A stretch of DNA of 64,000 bases from Dictyostelium discoideum. Its lineage: Eukaryota. The notes under the pieces were generated by a model. The model worked only from the letters and a program-made list of their open reading frames with translations, was not told where the DNA came from and ran no database searches. Made by a program: the position numbers and the translations under genes. Position 1 is the first letter of the stretch; the number at the start of each line of letters is the position of its first letter. The stretch is from assembly GCA_000004695.1 (NCBI GenBank), contig CM000154.2, forward strand, positions 3,680,001 to 3,744,000, in the 5' to 3' direction. Positions 45,041-60,463 of this stretch are shown piece by piece.

Positions 45041-45874
45041 CACATTCAAATAATCATAATGGTACTACAACTACAACCACCACAAATAATAATAATAAAA
45101 ATCCATCATATCTTACAAAGCATAAAGAATTAGAAGAAATTGATTTCTTTAAAGCACCTGACGGAATCAGTCCATATTCTGTTCAACAACAATTACAACC
45201 TTTCCAACAACAACAATTTAATAGTACTTATAATCCATTTGCTCAACCTCAACCTCAACAATTCCAACAACAACCACAACAACAACTCCAACAGCAACCA
45301 CAACAACAACAGGGATTTAATCAAAGAATACAGCAACCACAACAACAAGCAGATGCTTTTGATTTATTTGTAGCAAACAGACAACAAAGTAATAATAATA
45401 ATAATAATAATAATATAAATAATACTACAAGTAGTTTTGGAGCAAATAATCCATTTGCAAATAATAGTAGTAATAATAATAATACTAATGGTGCAATTCA
45501 ACCATACATACCAAATACAGCAAAGTCACTTCCGCCAGTTTCACAACAACTACAACAACCAATGCAAAATCAATTCTCACCACAACCACAAAAATTTGTT
45601 GGATCATCAATAACTCCATCTGCACCACCTCCATTTAAACCAAATACAACTCAATCAAACCCATTCAATACCTCTCCACCACTTAATAATATGAACAACC
45701 ACAACAATAATATGATGCAACAACAACAACCACAACAACAACAACAACAACAACCACAACAACAATTTAACCCAATGTATAACAATAACGCAATGGCTCC
45801 AAGTTACCCAAACTATAACGCAATTGGAGCTGATAATCAACACAATACTAACCCATATGGTATGATGAATCATC

Positions 45875-45906
<32 letters not shown>

Positions 45907-46068
45907 CCAATGATGAATCAAATGAATAATTTTTCAGCACCAACATACTCTCAATTTACAAACTACGCCCAACCAAACCAACAACCATACAATAATAACT
46001 ATGGAGGAATGAACCAATCAAATATGTATCCAAATAATAATATGAGTGGTAAATCATCTCTTATTTAA
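43872..46068 (+). CDS. tom1: Tom1-like protein (VHS + GAT domains) with a long Q/N/P-rich C-terminal region, 3 exons
   Basis: Exons 43872..43975 (donor gtaagt, phase 2), 44060..44231 (donor gtaaat) and 44353..46068. The VHS domain spans exons 1-3 (ATNELLIQTDWTTVLQISDILNRDP...ARGVVRQVTKKLKDRSRVILLALELADSLLQNCHCTHVYFAERTFQTELCRLIMNKK...). The GAT-like helix bundle is SSIKGSTSVFNEMISFLNVEDEDPQENDLIKELFETCKQSQIRVKEMIESGSTNERDLNVLLKLNDEINNALNDHEACIKRRR. Confidence 0.75.
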
Positions 46069-46286
46069 ACACATTCAAAGAATAAAAATATAAAAAACAA
46101 AAAAAAGTTAAACAAAATGTAATATTGAAATAAAAAAGAAAAAAAATATAAAAAAAAAATAAAAAAAAATAAAACTTTTTTTTAAAATCATTTTATAAGA
46201 TATAAAAATAATTATTATTTGATTTATTATTTTTTTTATTTTATTTTTTTTTAAATGAATGGGTTAAATATAATCTATTTTATTCC

Positions 46287-46336
<50 letters not shown>

Positions 46337-46518
46337 TTTCAAAACTTTTTAATTGTTAAAAAATATTGTTCTTTTTAAGAATAAATTTGATTATTTATAA
46401 AATAAATTATCAACTGATTTTACTTTATTATTTTCATCGTCTTCTTTCTTTTCTGTTGACAAAAAAAAAAAAAATTATTTTTATTTTATTTTAATTTAAA
46501 TATTTACAATTTTATTTA

Positions 46519-49302
<2,784 letters not shown>

Positions 49303-50537
49303 TTTTTTTTTTTTTTCTTTTTTTTTTTATGTGAGTGTGTATTTATATATTTAATATTTAATATTTATTATATTGATATCATAATAAAAAGAAAATATTT
49401 TAGTATTTTGGGATTAAATTAAAAAAGTTTTTTTCATTATGACGTTATCACCTAATCATTTTGAAAAATTAATTTTATTTATTTTTTTATTTTTTATTTT
49501 TTTTTTTTGGTGCTGTTTTTTCCATTTTTAATTTTTTTTTTTTTTTTTTATTTTTATGGTGTGAAAGTCTGAGCTTTTTTGTTAATTTTTTATTTAACTA
49601 AACATTAATTCCAATTCAAAAAAATTTAACTAAACATTAATTTAAATTAATCACAATTGTTAAATAAATGAAAAAAAAAAAGATAATTTTTTTTTTTTAA
49701 AAGTGTCAGATTAGAATGTTTTAATAATGATTTAATTTTATTCATTTTTAATATGAATTTAGTATGGATAAATAGATCACCCAAAAATATACAAAATGAT
49801 ATAAAAAATAAAAAAAATTAATGATTGCAAGAGGGAATATATAAATTTTTTTTTTTTGTACACAAAAAATTAAAAAAACAATAAAAATAAAAAATTTAAA
49901 AAAAATAATAAAAAATAAAACAATTTAATTAAATCAATTTTTTTTTAATTTTACATTTTAAAACAAATTATTTATTTTTTTTGTGATGGATTAATTGGAT
50001 TTGAGATAGAAACCATAATTTCATTTTTTGATTGGAATGAGTTGAGTCTATTTTCATTATAAACAATTGATTGAGAGTTTGAATTTGAATTATTCATTCC
50101 CATTGACAATAAAGATTCTAAATAATTTTTAAAAAAAAAAAAAAATAAGTTTAATTTTCCAAAAAAAAAAAAAAAAAAAAAAAACAAAAAAAAAAAAAAA
50201 AAGTTTAATTTAACTTACTGAAGATTGACATTTATTACTTGGATACAATTACAATTTAATATTACAATGTTTTTTTTTTTTATCTAATAATTTTTCTTTT
50301 TGTTTCTTTTTTTATTAAATACTTTTTTTTTTTTTTTTTTTTTTATTTCTTTTGTGGTGCATTTTATTTTTTTTAATTTTTTATTTTATTTTATATTTAA
50401 TATCAAATTTTATGGCCAATCTTTTTTTTTTTTCACATAAATAAGATGTAATATCTAAAAATTCTAATTTTAAATTCACCACTAGATAATCTCACATTTT
50501 ATCCTCATCAGCCACATAACCCTCAAATTCTAAAAAT

Positions 50538-50576
<39 letters not shown>

Positions 50577-50692
50577 AAACCTTTTCAAATATATAAAATT
50601 ACAAAATCATTTTGCCACACTATTGAAAAGTTTGTCTTTTATTTTTATTTTTATTTTTTTTTTTTTTTTTTTTGTTTTTTTTTTTATTTTAA

Positions 50693-52178
50693 TTAACTGT
50701 GATTAAACATTTTATTTAAAGATTGAGCCATATGAACTGGGCCAGAGAATGGTTTATTAATAATATTTGACCAAACATCATTTATTATATCAAAATGAGA
50801 GAAATTTATAAATGCATAAGGATCAACCCCAACCAAAAATATGGCTTCTTGTCTTGGTGTTAATAATGAAGAAATTGATGAAAATGTATCCAACATTAAA
50901 CCACCGTTCAAAGTGAGTTTATTTTTTAAAGATTCTAATTTACCTGCGAGTTCTAATTGTTTATCAATAGCAGGTAGTGAATAAGAATCAATTGGTGTTG
51001 TTGTTGTTGAATTGTACACTAATTCAGTTGGATTTAATGAAGATAATGGATCAGATGGATATGAGAATATAAATTTATAAAAAAATGATTTTATCTCTAA
51101 ATCTAACATTTGAATTTCTTTAAACATTGATGCACTAACTTTAGTATGTTGAAAACGAATTGAATCCAATTTATTTGATTGTTCAGGTGTAATATTTGCT
51201 TCTTTTTTAAAAGTGTTATACCAATTATGATCATTAGTTACCTTTTGATTATCACCATCATCATTATTATCATTGAAAATATTTAAAACAAATGGACAAA
51301 ATTGACCTGGTGTATAACCTACGATTGATAATCTTAATTGAACGTATGGATTTGCAACTTTTTCAGCCTCGTATTCAATATGTGAGTATCTCTCTTCAAT
51401 AACACGATGATATTGATGTAATAGATAAATCAATGATCTATCATCATTCCTCTCCAATGATAGTTTTAATTGATTTGTGATGGTTTTACAATCTGTCATC
51501 ATTTTCATTATATCATTACTTGGTTTCATTAAATCGACAGAACCTGTTTTTCTTAGAGTTTGATTTTCTTTTTGAATTTTACTATTCTCCATTTCTAATA
51601 ATGATAATTTATCCTCAATCTCCTTTATATAATCTTTCTTTTTTTGTCTATAATTTCTACTTGCTTTATTTTGATTCATTTTTTTAATTGATTCTGTTGA
51701 TTTTTCTTGTTTTTTAGTTTCATTTATAATTTTGGTTTTTTCATTTGTTTCTTCTAAATTTATTTTTGTTGTTTTTGTTGTTGTTGTTGTTAATATTGGT
51801 GTTGGTGTTGGCGTTGGTGTAATTGGTGCAATTGTTGTTGGCGTAATTAGAGTTGGTGTTATTGTTGGAAATGTAGTAAGAGTTGGTGTAATTGTTGGCG
51901 TAATTATTGGATTATTGGTATTATCCAAACTAATTTTGTATTGAGGTATTTTGTAACACTCTTGTTGTTGTTGTTGTTGTTGCTGTTGTTGTATATTTAT
52001 TGGATTATCATTAAAGGGTGGAAATATTGGTTTATTTTGGGAAATTGCATTATTATTTACATTACTAACTACATTACTATTTACATTATTATTTACATTA
52101 TTTGCACCAAGATTTATATTATTTAAATTATTTATACTGTTTACATTATTAATATTGTCGGTTGTTTTATTATTATTA

Positions 52179-52275
<97 letters not shown>

Positions 52276-52643
52276 TATTATTACTATTATTACTATTGTT
52301 ATTGTTATTCATATTATAATTTATACTAGTAATATTGTTATTATTATTATAATTTGAAAATATTTGATTACATTGATCAATATATTGTGAAGGTAATTCA
52401 TAAGGTTTTTGATATTGGTCTTGATATTGTTGTTGACGTTGTTGATATTGATCTTGATATTGTTGTTGATAATTTTGTAATTGTTGTTGGATTTGTGTTT
52501 GTTGTTCTTGTTGTTGCTTTTGTAATGATTCAAGTCGTTCATTGAAATTAAAATTATTATTATTTAAGTAATTATTTGATTCGATACTTTGGACATTTAT
52601 TCCATCATTTGTATATTGTTGTGGGAATTGTTGTTGTTGTTGC

Positions 52644-52719
<76 letters not shown>

Positions 52720-52730
52720 GCTGTTGTTGC

Positions 52731-52761
<31 letters not shown>

Positions 52762-52843
52762 GAAGTTGTGAAAAATCATCCAATAAAAGTAACCACGTAT
52801 TATTTTCTGGCGGAATTGGTAAGAAATTTTGATATCCATCCAT
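50693..52843 (-). CDS. bZIP transcription factor, paralog 2, single exon, 716 aa
   Basis: MDGYQNFLPIPPENNTWLLLLDDFSQLQQ(Q)n. Basic region [41 protein letters not shown]. The C-terminal domain is shared with paralogs 1, 3 and 4 (NPYVQLRLSIVGYTPGQ...[39 protein letters not shown]). Confidence 0.75.
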
Positions 52844-52941
52844 TATTGTTCATATAATTAATATACTATGAATAAAAAATTAAAAAAATTAAAAAAATAA
52901 AAAAAATAAAAAATAAAAAATAAAAAAAAAAAAAATAAATA

Positions 52942-52978
<37 letters not shown>

Positions 52979-53306
52979 ATAATTTTCAATAATTATTTTT
53001 ACTTAATAATTTCCTCTAAAGGATATTCCAAGATTTTAAAATTATCAATACGTGTTGAATCTTAACAAAGAATTAAACTTTTTTTTTTTATATATATATA
53101 TACTTTTTTTTCACATTCATTTTTTTAAATAATTTTGAGTATTTTTGGGTTCTCAATGTATTTATTTTAATCATATTAATAAATAAATAAAATTAAATGA
53201 TTGTTGTAAATGGAAAAAAAAAAAAATGGAAATAAAGCTTGAAATGTATTTTTTTAATTTGTTTAGAAAAAAAAAAAAAAAAAAAAAAAGGAAAACATTA
53301 TTTTAT

Positions 53307-55560
53307 TTATTGATTTGTTGGGTTTCTAAATAATTTTTTTAAAGTCTCACCAATATCAATTGGACCAGAAAAAGAATTTTGAATTATGTTTGACCAAACA
53401 TCTTTAACCAATTCGAAATCTAAAGAATTAGCACAAGCGAAAATGTTAACTTTTGTTAAGAGAACTGCTTCTTGTTTTGGTGTTAAAATTGCAGAAATTG
53501 AAGAGAAAGTGTCTAAAAATAAACTACAATTAAGAGTTAATTTATTTTTCAAAGTTTCCAATTTATTAATGATATCCAACTGTTCATTGAGATCTAATGG
53601 ACCAAAGATTTCAATTGGAAGTACTTTTGAAGCTGGTATACCTTCGATATTATTATCAGTGATATCATTTCCAAGTTGTAATGCAAATACCTTTTCAAAA
53701 AAGAAAGTTTTAATCTCTGAATCTAATTTCTCAAGATCGAATTGAATCTTTTCACTGACCGCACAATATTGAGCTCTTAACGAGTCCAATTTATTTGACT
53801 GTTCAAGAGTTATATTAACCTCTTTTTTAAATAAATTAATCCATGAATCAGCCTCTGGGCCTTGGAAAATATTAATTCCTGATAGGCTTTGTTTTGGAGT
53901 GTAACCAACTTTTGCCAATCTCATTTGTGTGTATGGATTGGCGACTTTGTCAACCTCTTTTTCCATATATAAATATCTTTTTTCAACAACACAATGATAT
54001 TGATGTAAAAGATAGATCAGAGTTCTTTCATCATTAATATCTAAACATTTTTTCATTTCAAGTAAGATTTTATTACCATCTACCATTAATTTCATTAGCT
54101 CAGGTCCTAATTTCATAGCTTCAGCACCTCCAATCTTTTTTAATGATTCATTCTCTTTATGAAGTTTATCATTTTCAATTGATAATGCTAACATTCTCTC
54201 TTCAATTTCTTTTATATAATCTTTCTTTTTTTGTCTATAATTTCTACTTGCAATATTTTGATTTATCTTTTTTAATGATTTTCTTGATGGACTATCAATT
54301 GGTATTTGTAATGATAAATCAATTGGCACAATTTTTGAATTTTGTAAATTTGTTTGATCCAAATTTCCAGTTTCATTTTTGTTTAGTTTTGTTATAGTTT
54401 TTGTATTTGTTGTTGTTGTTTTTGAGTTTGGTTTTAATGTTGAGTTTGTTGTTGTTGTTGAGATTGAGGTTGAGTTGGATGGAGTTGATGTTAATGTTGG
54501 TGTTACTGTTGGTGTTAATGTTGGCGTTACTGTTGGTGTTAATGTTGGTGTTACTGTTGGCGTTAATGTTGGTGTTGTATTATTTGACAAAATTGAATTA
54601 TTATTATTATTATACATTATTAATTTTTCAATGTTAATATTATTGTTATTTATAAAATCAATTGGGAGTTTATTTAAATTTGATTGTTGTAAAATATCTA
54701 CATTTGTTGGCAAAATTGGAAAAAATTGACTATTATTATTGTTATTATTATTAATATTATTATTAACTTGATCACCAATTGAAAATGATGCTATTGATGA
54801 ATATGACGGTGATTGACTTATTGGAGGTGGATCAACATTTTGTTGTTGTTGTTGTTGTAGTAGTTGTTTTTGTTGTGGTGCTACTTGAGACTGTGTTTGT
54901 AATTGTGGTGAAATTGGTGTTGATTGTGGTAGTGTTTGAGGTTGTTGATTATTTTCTGATAGATAATTTATTATATTTATATTGTTTCCTGATAATAGTT
55001 GATTATAATCGATTTGATTGTCATCACTCGTTATTAATAATGAAGATGGGGATATATATGGTTGTTGATATTGTTGTTGATAATCTTGTTGACGTTGTTC
55101 ATATTGTTTTTGACATTGGTGTTGGTAACCTCTTAAATGTTGTTGTATTGTATGTTGTTGTTGTTGTAATTGTTCTAACAATTGAAGTTGTTCCATCAAT
55201 ACTTGTTGATCATATGTATTATTACCATTATTATTATTATTATTATTTACATCATTATAAATATCATTAATAAAATTATTATTATTATTATTATTATTAT
55301 TAATACTATTCTCATTATTATAATTAATATTATTAATACTATTTTCATTATTACTATTATTATAATTAATACTATTATTATTTAAATTTACATTATTATT
55401 ATTTATAATATTATTTAAATTTACATTATTATTATTATTATTATTATTTTTATTAATATTATTACTATTATTATTATTATTTATAATATTATTTAAATTT
55501 ACATTATTACTATTATTATTTATAATATTACTAATAATATTATTAATAGTATTTAAATTA

Positions 55561-55631
<71 letters not shown>

Positions 55632-55838
55632 AGTATTATTATTATTAATAGTATTTAAATTATCATTATTATTATTATTATTAATAATATTATTTTGGTT
55701 TAAATTAATATTGGTATTATTTTGTTGTTGTGGTTGTTGAGATTTTTGAAATTGATTTTGTTGAAGTTGAGAAAAATCTTTTAACAAAAGTGACCAAATA
55801 TTTTTTTCAGGTGTGGGTAATGGATTTTTACTATCCAT
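53307..55838 (-). CDS. bZIP transcription factor, paralog 3, single exon, 843 aa
   Basis: [27 protein letters not shown]. Basic region [42 protein letters not shown]-terminal domain [17 protein letters not shown]...[38 protein letters not shown]. There is a (TPTLTPTV)n Thr-Pro repeat. Confidence 0.75.
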
Positions 55839-56206
55839 CTTTTATAATTATTTAAATAAAATTAAAAATAAACTATTTTTAAAATATTTGTTCAAAAAAA
55901 AAAAAAAATTTTGAAATTGGTGAAAGAACGTGGACACATAATTTCGATGTGTAAATATTAAGGTGTTGATAAAAAAAAAAAATAAAAAAAAAATAAAAAA
56001 AAATAAAAAAAAAAATAAAAAAAAATAAAAATAAAAATAAAAATTTATTATTGTTTTTGGTGCTTTGCGGTTAAAGCAAATCCCAATTCAAATTGAGGTT
56101 AACAACTGCAATTATTTTTTTTTTTTTTTAAATTTTTTTTTTTTTTTTTAATTTCTGAAATTAAATTAAAAATAGATTTTTTTATTTTCATTTTTTTTTT
56201 TTATTT

Positions 56207-58432
56207 TTAAGGTTTTTCAAAAATTTGACTTAAATCACCAATTTTAAATGGATCACTTGATTTTTTCATTTTTGATTTATTTGCCCAAACATTTGTGATC
56301 ATTTCAAACTTTTTCAAATTGAAACATGAGAATATATCGATTTCAACCAAAAGTAAAGCTTCTTGTTTTGGTGTTAGTATTTTACTAAGTGAGGAGAAAG
56401 TTTCAAACATTAGACAACTATTTTCAAAGAATTTGTTTTTTAATAATTTCAATTTACAAGCAAATTCAATTTGTTGAGAAAGGTCCAAAGGTTTTGAAGT
56501 TTTCAAAGAGATACTATAAGATTGAAAAACAAAAATATTTTGAAAAAAGAATTTTTTCACCTCAGAATCCAAATCATGAATTTCATCCAACAGTTTAAGA
56601 TTATATTCGCAATATTTTTCACGAATGATATCTAATTGAACCGATTGTTGGGATGTGATATTAGCCTTCTCTTTGAAAAGGTTAAACCAGCTATCAGACT
56701 CTATGCCTTGGAAAATGTTGGTTAGGAAAGGTGTAGATTTCAACACGTATCCAATAGAAGCCAACCTTAGTTGTATTTCCGGACTTGCGATTTGTTCAGC
56801 GTCTTTATCAATGGACGAATATCTTTTAGCCACTGCACCATGATACATGTGCAATAAATAAATTAAGTTTTTTTCATTATCTTCTTTTAAAGCCTCGCCT
56901 ATTTGTCTAACAATACTTCTAATCTCTAGCATTAGTTGCTTCTTTTCTGGTGACGGTTTTAAAATAGCCATTGTACCACCTTCATGTTCTTGTTGTCTAA
57001 TTGATTCATTCTCTTTTTTTAATTTTTCATTCTCTAAAGTTAATTCCATCATTTTATCCTCAATATCCTTTATATGATCCTTTTTTCTTTGTCTAAAATT
57101 TCTATTTGCTATATTTTGATTAATTCTTTTTATTGATTTTTTTGATTCATCATCAAATGTTAAATTAAATTGTTGTTGTTGTTGTTGTTGTTTTTGATAT
57201 TCTAATTGTTGTTGTTCTAATTGTTGTAATGTTAATATTTTATTTATATCTGTTGTTTGTTGTTGTTGTTGTTGTTGCTGTTGCTGTTGTTGTGATGGTG
57301 ATATTTGATTTATATCAGTTGAGTTAGAGTTTATTATAGTTGGTACAGGTGATGATGGAGTAGGTGGTGAAGTATTTTCTTTTTGTTTTTCTATATTATC
57401 TCTTTTTTGGTCTACATTCAATGTATTTATTGTGTTATTCGTTTTTTGAGTTTGAAAATATGATAAAAGGTGTTGATCTAACTTTGGTGTATTAAAAAAT
57501 ATTTGTTGAGAAAGAGGCATTGAATTCGATGACTGCTTTGATTGATTCTTTTTATTTATTTCTTTTTGCTGTATTGTTTGTGGTGGTAATTGCTGCTGCT
57601 GTATTTGTGGCTGTTGTAGTTGTATATGTTGTTGTAGTTGTATATGTTGTTGTGGTTGTATCTGCTGCTGTGGTTGTATCTGTTGTTGTACTTGTACCTG
57701 TGGCTGTTCTATTTGTATTTGTTTCTGTATTTGTTGTGGCTGTGGTTGTGTTGGTATTTGTTGTGATTGTATTTGAATATGTTGTAGTTGTGATTGTTGA
57801 GGTAGCTCATGTTGTATTGGTAGTTGTTGAAACTGAGGCTGTTGTTGGTGTTGTTGGTGTTGTTGGTGTTGTTGTTGTAGTTGTTGTAGTTGTTGTTGTG
57901 GTTGTTGTTGTTGTTGTGGTGGTGATGATGGTGATGGTGGTTGTTGTTGTTGTTGTAAGGATTGTGGTGGTTGTTGTAGATTTTCTTGACCTAAATGAAA
58001 TTGTTGTTGAGGAACTAAATCATTTTTTTCAGAATAAATAAAAGAAGGTGGTGTATATGGTTTTTGATATTGTTGTTGATATTGCTGTTGACGTTGTTGA
58101 TATTGTTGTTGATATTGTTGTTGAAAATTATGTAATTGTTGTTGAATTTGGTCATGTTGCTGTTGTTGCTGTTGTTGTAGAAATTGAATTTGTTCAATGA
58201 TTTGAGGTTTATTTTCAATTGATGTATCACTATTTAATGATTCCTCTAAACTTTGAAAATTTAATCCACTTATATTTGTAGTGGTAACATCGCCAGTGTT
58301 AAAATCTATACTATTTATAAAGTTTTCTTGGTTGTTTTGAACAATTGGTAATTGTTGCAATTGTGAAACATCATCAAATAAAAATAACCATGCATTTTCT
58401 GGTTCTAATATGGAATTGAAAGATTCATCCAT
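56207..58432 (-). CDS. bZIP transcription factor, paralog 4, single exon, 741 aa
   Basis: MDESFNSILEPENAWLFLFDDVSQLQQ. Basic region KRINQNIANRNFRQRKKDHIKDIEDKMMELTLENEKLKKEN. C-terminal domain SPEIQLRLASIGYVLKS...[39 protein letters not shown]. It is Q/P-rich. Confidence 0.75.
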   Translation of the reverse strand: MDESFNSILEPENAWLFLFDDVSQLQQLPIVQNNQENFINSIDFNTGDVTTTNISGLNFQSLEESLNSDTSIENKPQIIEQIQFLQQQQQQQHDQIQQQLHNFQQQYQQQYQQRQQQYQQQYQKPYTPPSFIYSEKNDLVPQQQFHLGQENLQQPPQSLQQQQQPPSPSSPPQQQQQPQQQLQQLQQQHQQHQQHQQQPQFQQLPIQHELPQQSQLQHIQIQSQQIPTQPQPQQIQKQIQIEQPQVQVQQQIQPQQQIQPQQHIQLQQHIQLQQPQIQQQQLPPQTIQQKEINKKNQSKQSSNSMPLSQQIFFNTPKLDQHLLSYFQTQKTNNTINTLNVDQKRDNIEKQKENTSPPTPSSPVPTIINSNSTDINQISPSQQQQQQQQQQQQTTDINKILTLQQLEQQQLEYQKQQQQQQQFNLTFDDESKKSIKRINQNIANRNFRQRKKDHIKDIEDKMMELTLENEKLKKENESIRQQEHEGGTMAILKPSPEKKQLMLEIRSIVRQIGEALKEDNEKNLIYLLHMYHGAVAKRYSSIDKDAEQIASPEIQLRLASIGYVLKSTPFLTNIFQGIESDSWFNLFKEKANITSQQSVQLDIIREKYCEYNLKLLDEIHDLDSEVKKFFFQNIFVFQSYSISLKTSKPLDLSQQIEFACKLKLLKNKFFENSCLMFETFSSLSKILTPKQEALLLVEIDIFSCFNLKKFEMITNVWANKSKMKKSSDPFKIGDLSQIFEKP

Positions 58433-58709
58433 TATTATTACAATTATGCATTGTTTGTATATTAACAGTTTTTAAAATGAAATAAAAAAAAAAATAAAAA
58501 AAAAATAAAAAAAAAAAAAAAAAATGAAATAAAAAAAATTAAAAATAAAAAAAAAAATAAAAAATAAAAATAAATAATAAATAAAAAAAAAAAAAAAATA
58601 ATTAAAAAATCCTTTTTTTTTTTTTTGAGACAGGGGAAAACCGTCCAAAAATGTTGAAAACTGTTTGTCAAATTTTGATTTATTTATTTTTTTTTTTTTT
58701 TCAATTAAT

Positions 58710-60039
58710 TTAATATGTAAATAAAATTAATGACATTATTATTATTATTAAATTAAATGAAAAAGTTGAATTTATATTATTACTACTATTATCGAAATCA
58801 TGTTTTGAAGGAATACCAAAATATGAAGTCCATAAAACTACATTTGGTCTTTCGACATCAAAAGATTGAATTAAGAATTTACTATTAACATTTCCAGTGA
58901 TTGCAACTGGAACAAAATTTGAACCAAATATAATAGCATCATTTGTATTAATATTATGAGTATCCGTATAAATATTTGCAACACTAATTTCATTATCCAC
59001 ATTGACTTTAGCAGTTGGTAACCAAGAAAAACTAGCGGCTAATGGGAAACCATTTATATTAATTTTATTATTATTATTCATTGAAATATCGTATTCCAAT
59101 ACAGCAAAAAATGAAGTTACAGCCAATTTTGAATTTAAATTATTTGAAGCACCTGTTGAAATACAACCAATTTTAATAGGACTACCACTACCATCATCAC
59201 CATCATCATCACCACCATCACTATCATTACCATTACCATTACTATTTACAATACATTCACTTGAACTTTGTTTATTAATATCACTATTAAAATAATCATT
59301 TATTAAAATATCAAATCTTAATAATTCTGAAGACATAATTTTACCATCACCTAAATAAACTGGATAACTTGAAAAATAAAGTACAATAGTGATTAAATTT
59401 TCATAATCACCAATACTAGTTACATTTAATTGAAATACCATAGCATCTTCAAAGAATGAAGGAGTTTTGTAATTTATATATTTATAATCAAATTTATATT
59501 GTAATTGAGCTAGATCAACATATCCTAAAAATTGATCACTTCCATATTGAAACCCATCTTGGTCATTGATTTCTTCATACTCTATTATAAAAGTTGGCAT
59601 GAAAATTGATGTTATACAATTTGGTATAAACTGATTAATGTCATCATAGATTAATTGATAATCAGAGTTATTAAAATATTGGAAATAAAAAGTAAGTGGA
59701 ATTGATGCTAAACCCAAAGTACTGCTAAGTTTATAGGCTACAGCATCCTTTTCAAATATATTACTATTATTTAAAATTGTTCCTTGATTTGAAAAACCTC
59801 TAAAATCAAAAGATGGTGGAGAATCTGATGTATCTAGAATGAAAATTCTAGATACATCATCACCATCAAGTGATCTTAACATTACACCATCTATTTAAAA
59901 ATAGATAATAATAAATATAAAGAATTTTAAAAAAAAATAAAAAAACAAAAAAATTCTTACCTAAACCAATAGTTGATTGTGAGTTTACAAATGAATGACT
60001 AAAAATGAACAATACATATAAAAAAAAGATTTTAATCAT
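58710..60039 (-). CDS. Secreted, probably GPI-anchored surface protein of unknown family, paralog A, 2 exons
   Basis: Exons complement 59961..60039 (signal peptide MIKIFFLYVLFIFSHSFVNSQSTIGL, donor gtaaga, phase 1) and 58710..59890. It shares IFMPTFIIEYEEINDQDGFQYGSDQFLGYVDLA and GCISTGASNNLNSKLAVTSFFAVL with the neighbouring paralog. The C-terminal hydrophobic tail is NLIIIIMSLILFTY. Confidence 0.6.
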
Positions 60040-60463
60040 AATAAAATATTGATATTTATAATTGTTGATTTTCTTTTGTTTTAAACTATTGAAAAAACAA
60101 ATTGTTGAAATGATTTTAAAAAAAAAAAATAAATAAAAAAAAAAAAAAAAAGATTTTTTTTTTATTTTGGTGTTTTGTTTTTAAAACTTGAAAAAACAAA
60201 TTTTTTAAAGTTTTTTATTTTTTATTGTGCGGTTTGGTAAAATATTTTTTTTATTTAAAAAATCCAATATGATAATTTTTTGTGGTAATAAAAAATTAAT
60301 TATTTATACATGTATAAATTAATTCATGTATAAATAATTAATTTTTTCAATTAGATTTTTTTTTTTTTTTTATTTCGGATTTAGAAAAATTATAAATACA
60401 TAATTATTAAATTTAATTTATTTAGAATATATATTGGTTTTTTTTTTTTTTTTTCCAATTAAT

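Noticed and set aside
49972-50187. Minus-strand ORF 49972..50187 (…LESLLSMGMNNSNSNSQSIVYNENRLNSFQSKNEIMVSISNPINPSQKK)
   Set aside because: It is short, starts in a poly-F/T-run translation, and has no recognisable domain or splice partner. It is possibly a UTR of the adjacent bZIP gene and was not called.
59002-59295. ORF 59002..59295(+)
   Set aside because: It is antisense to the GPI-protein paralog A coding exon.
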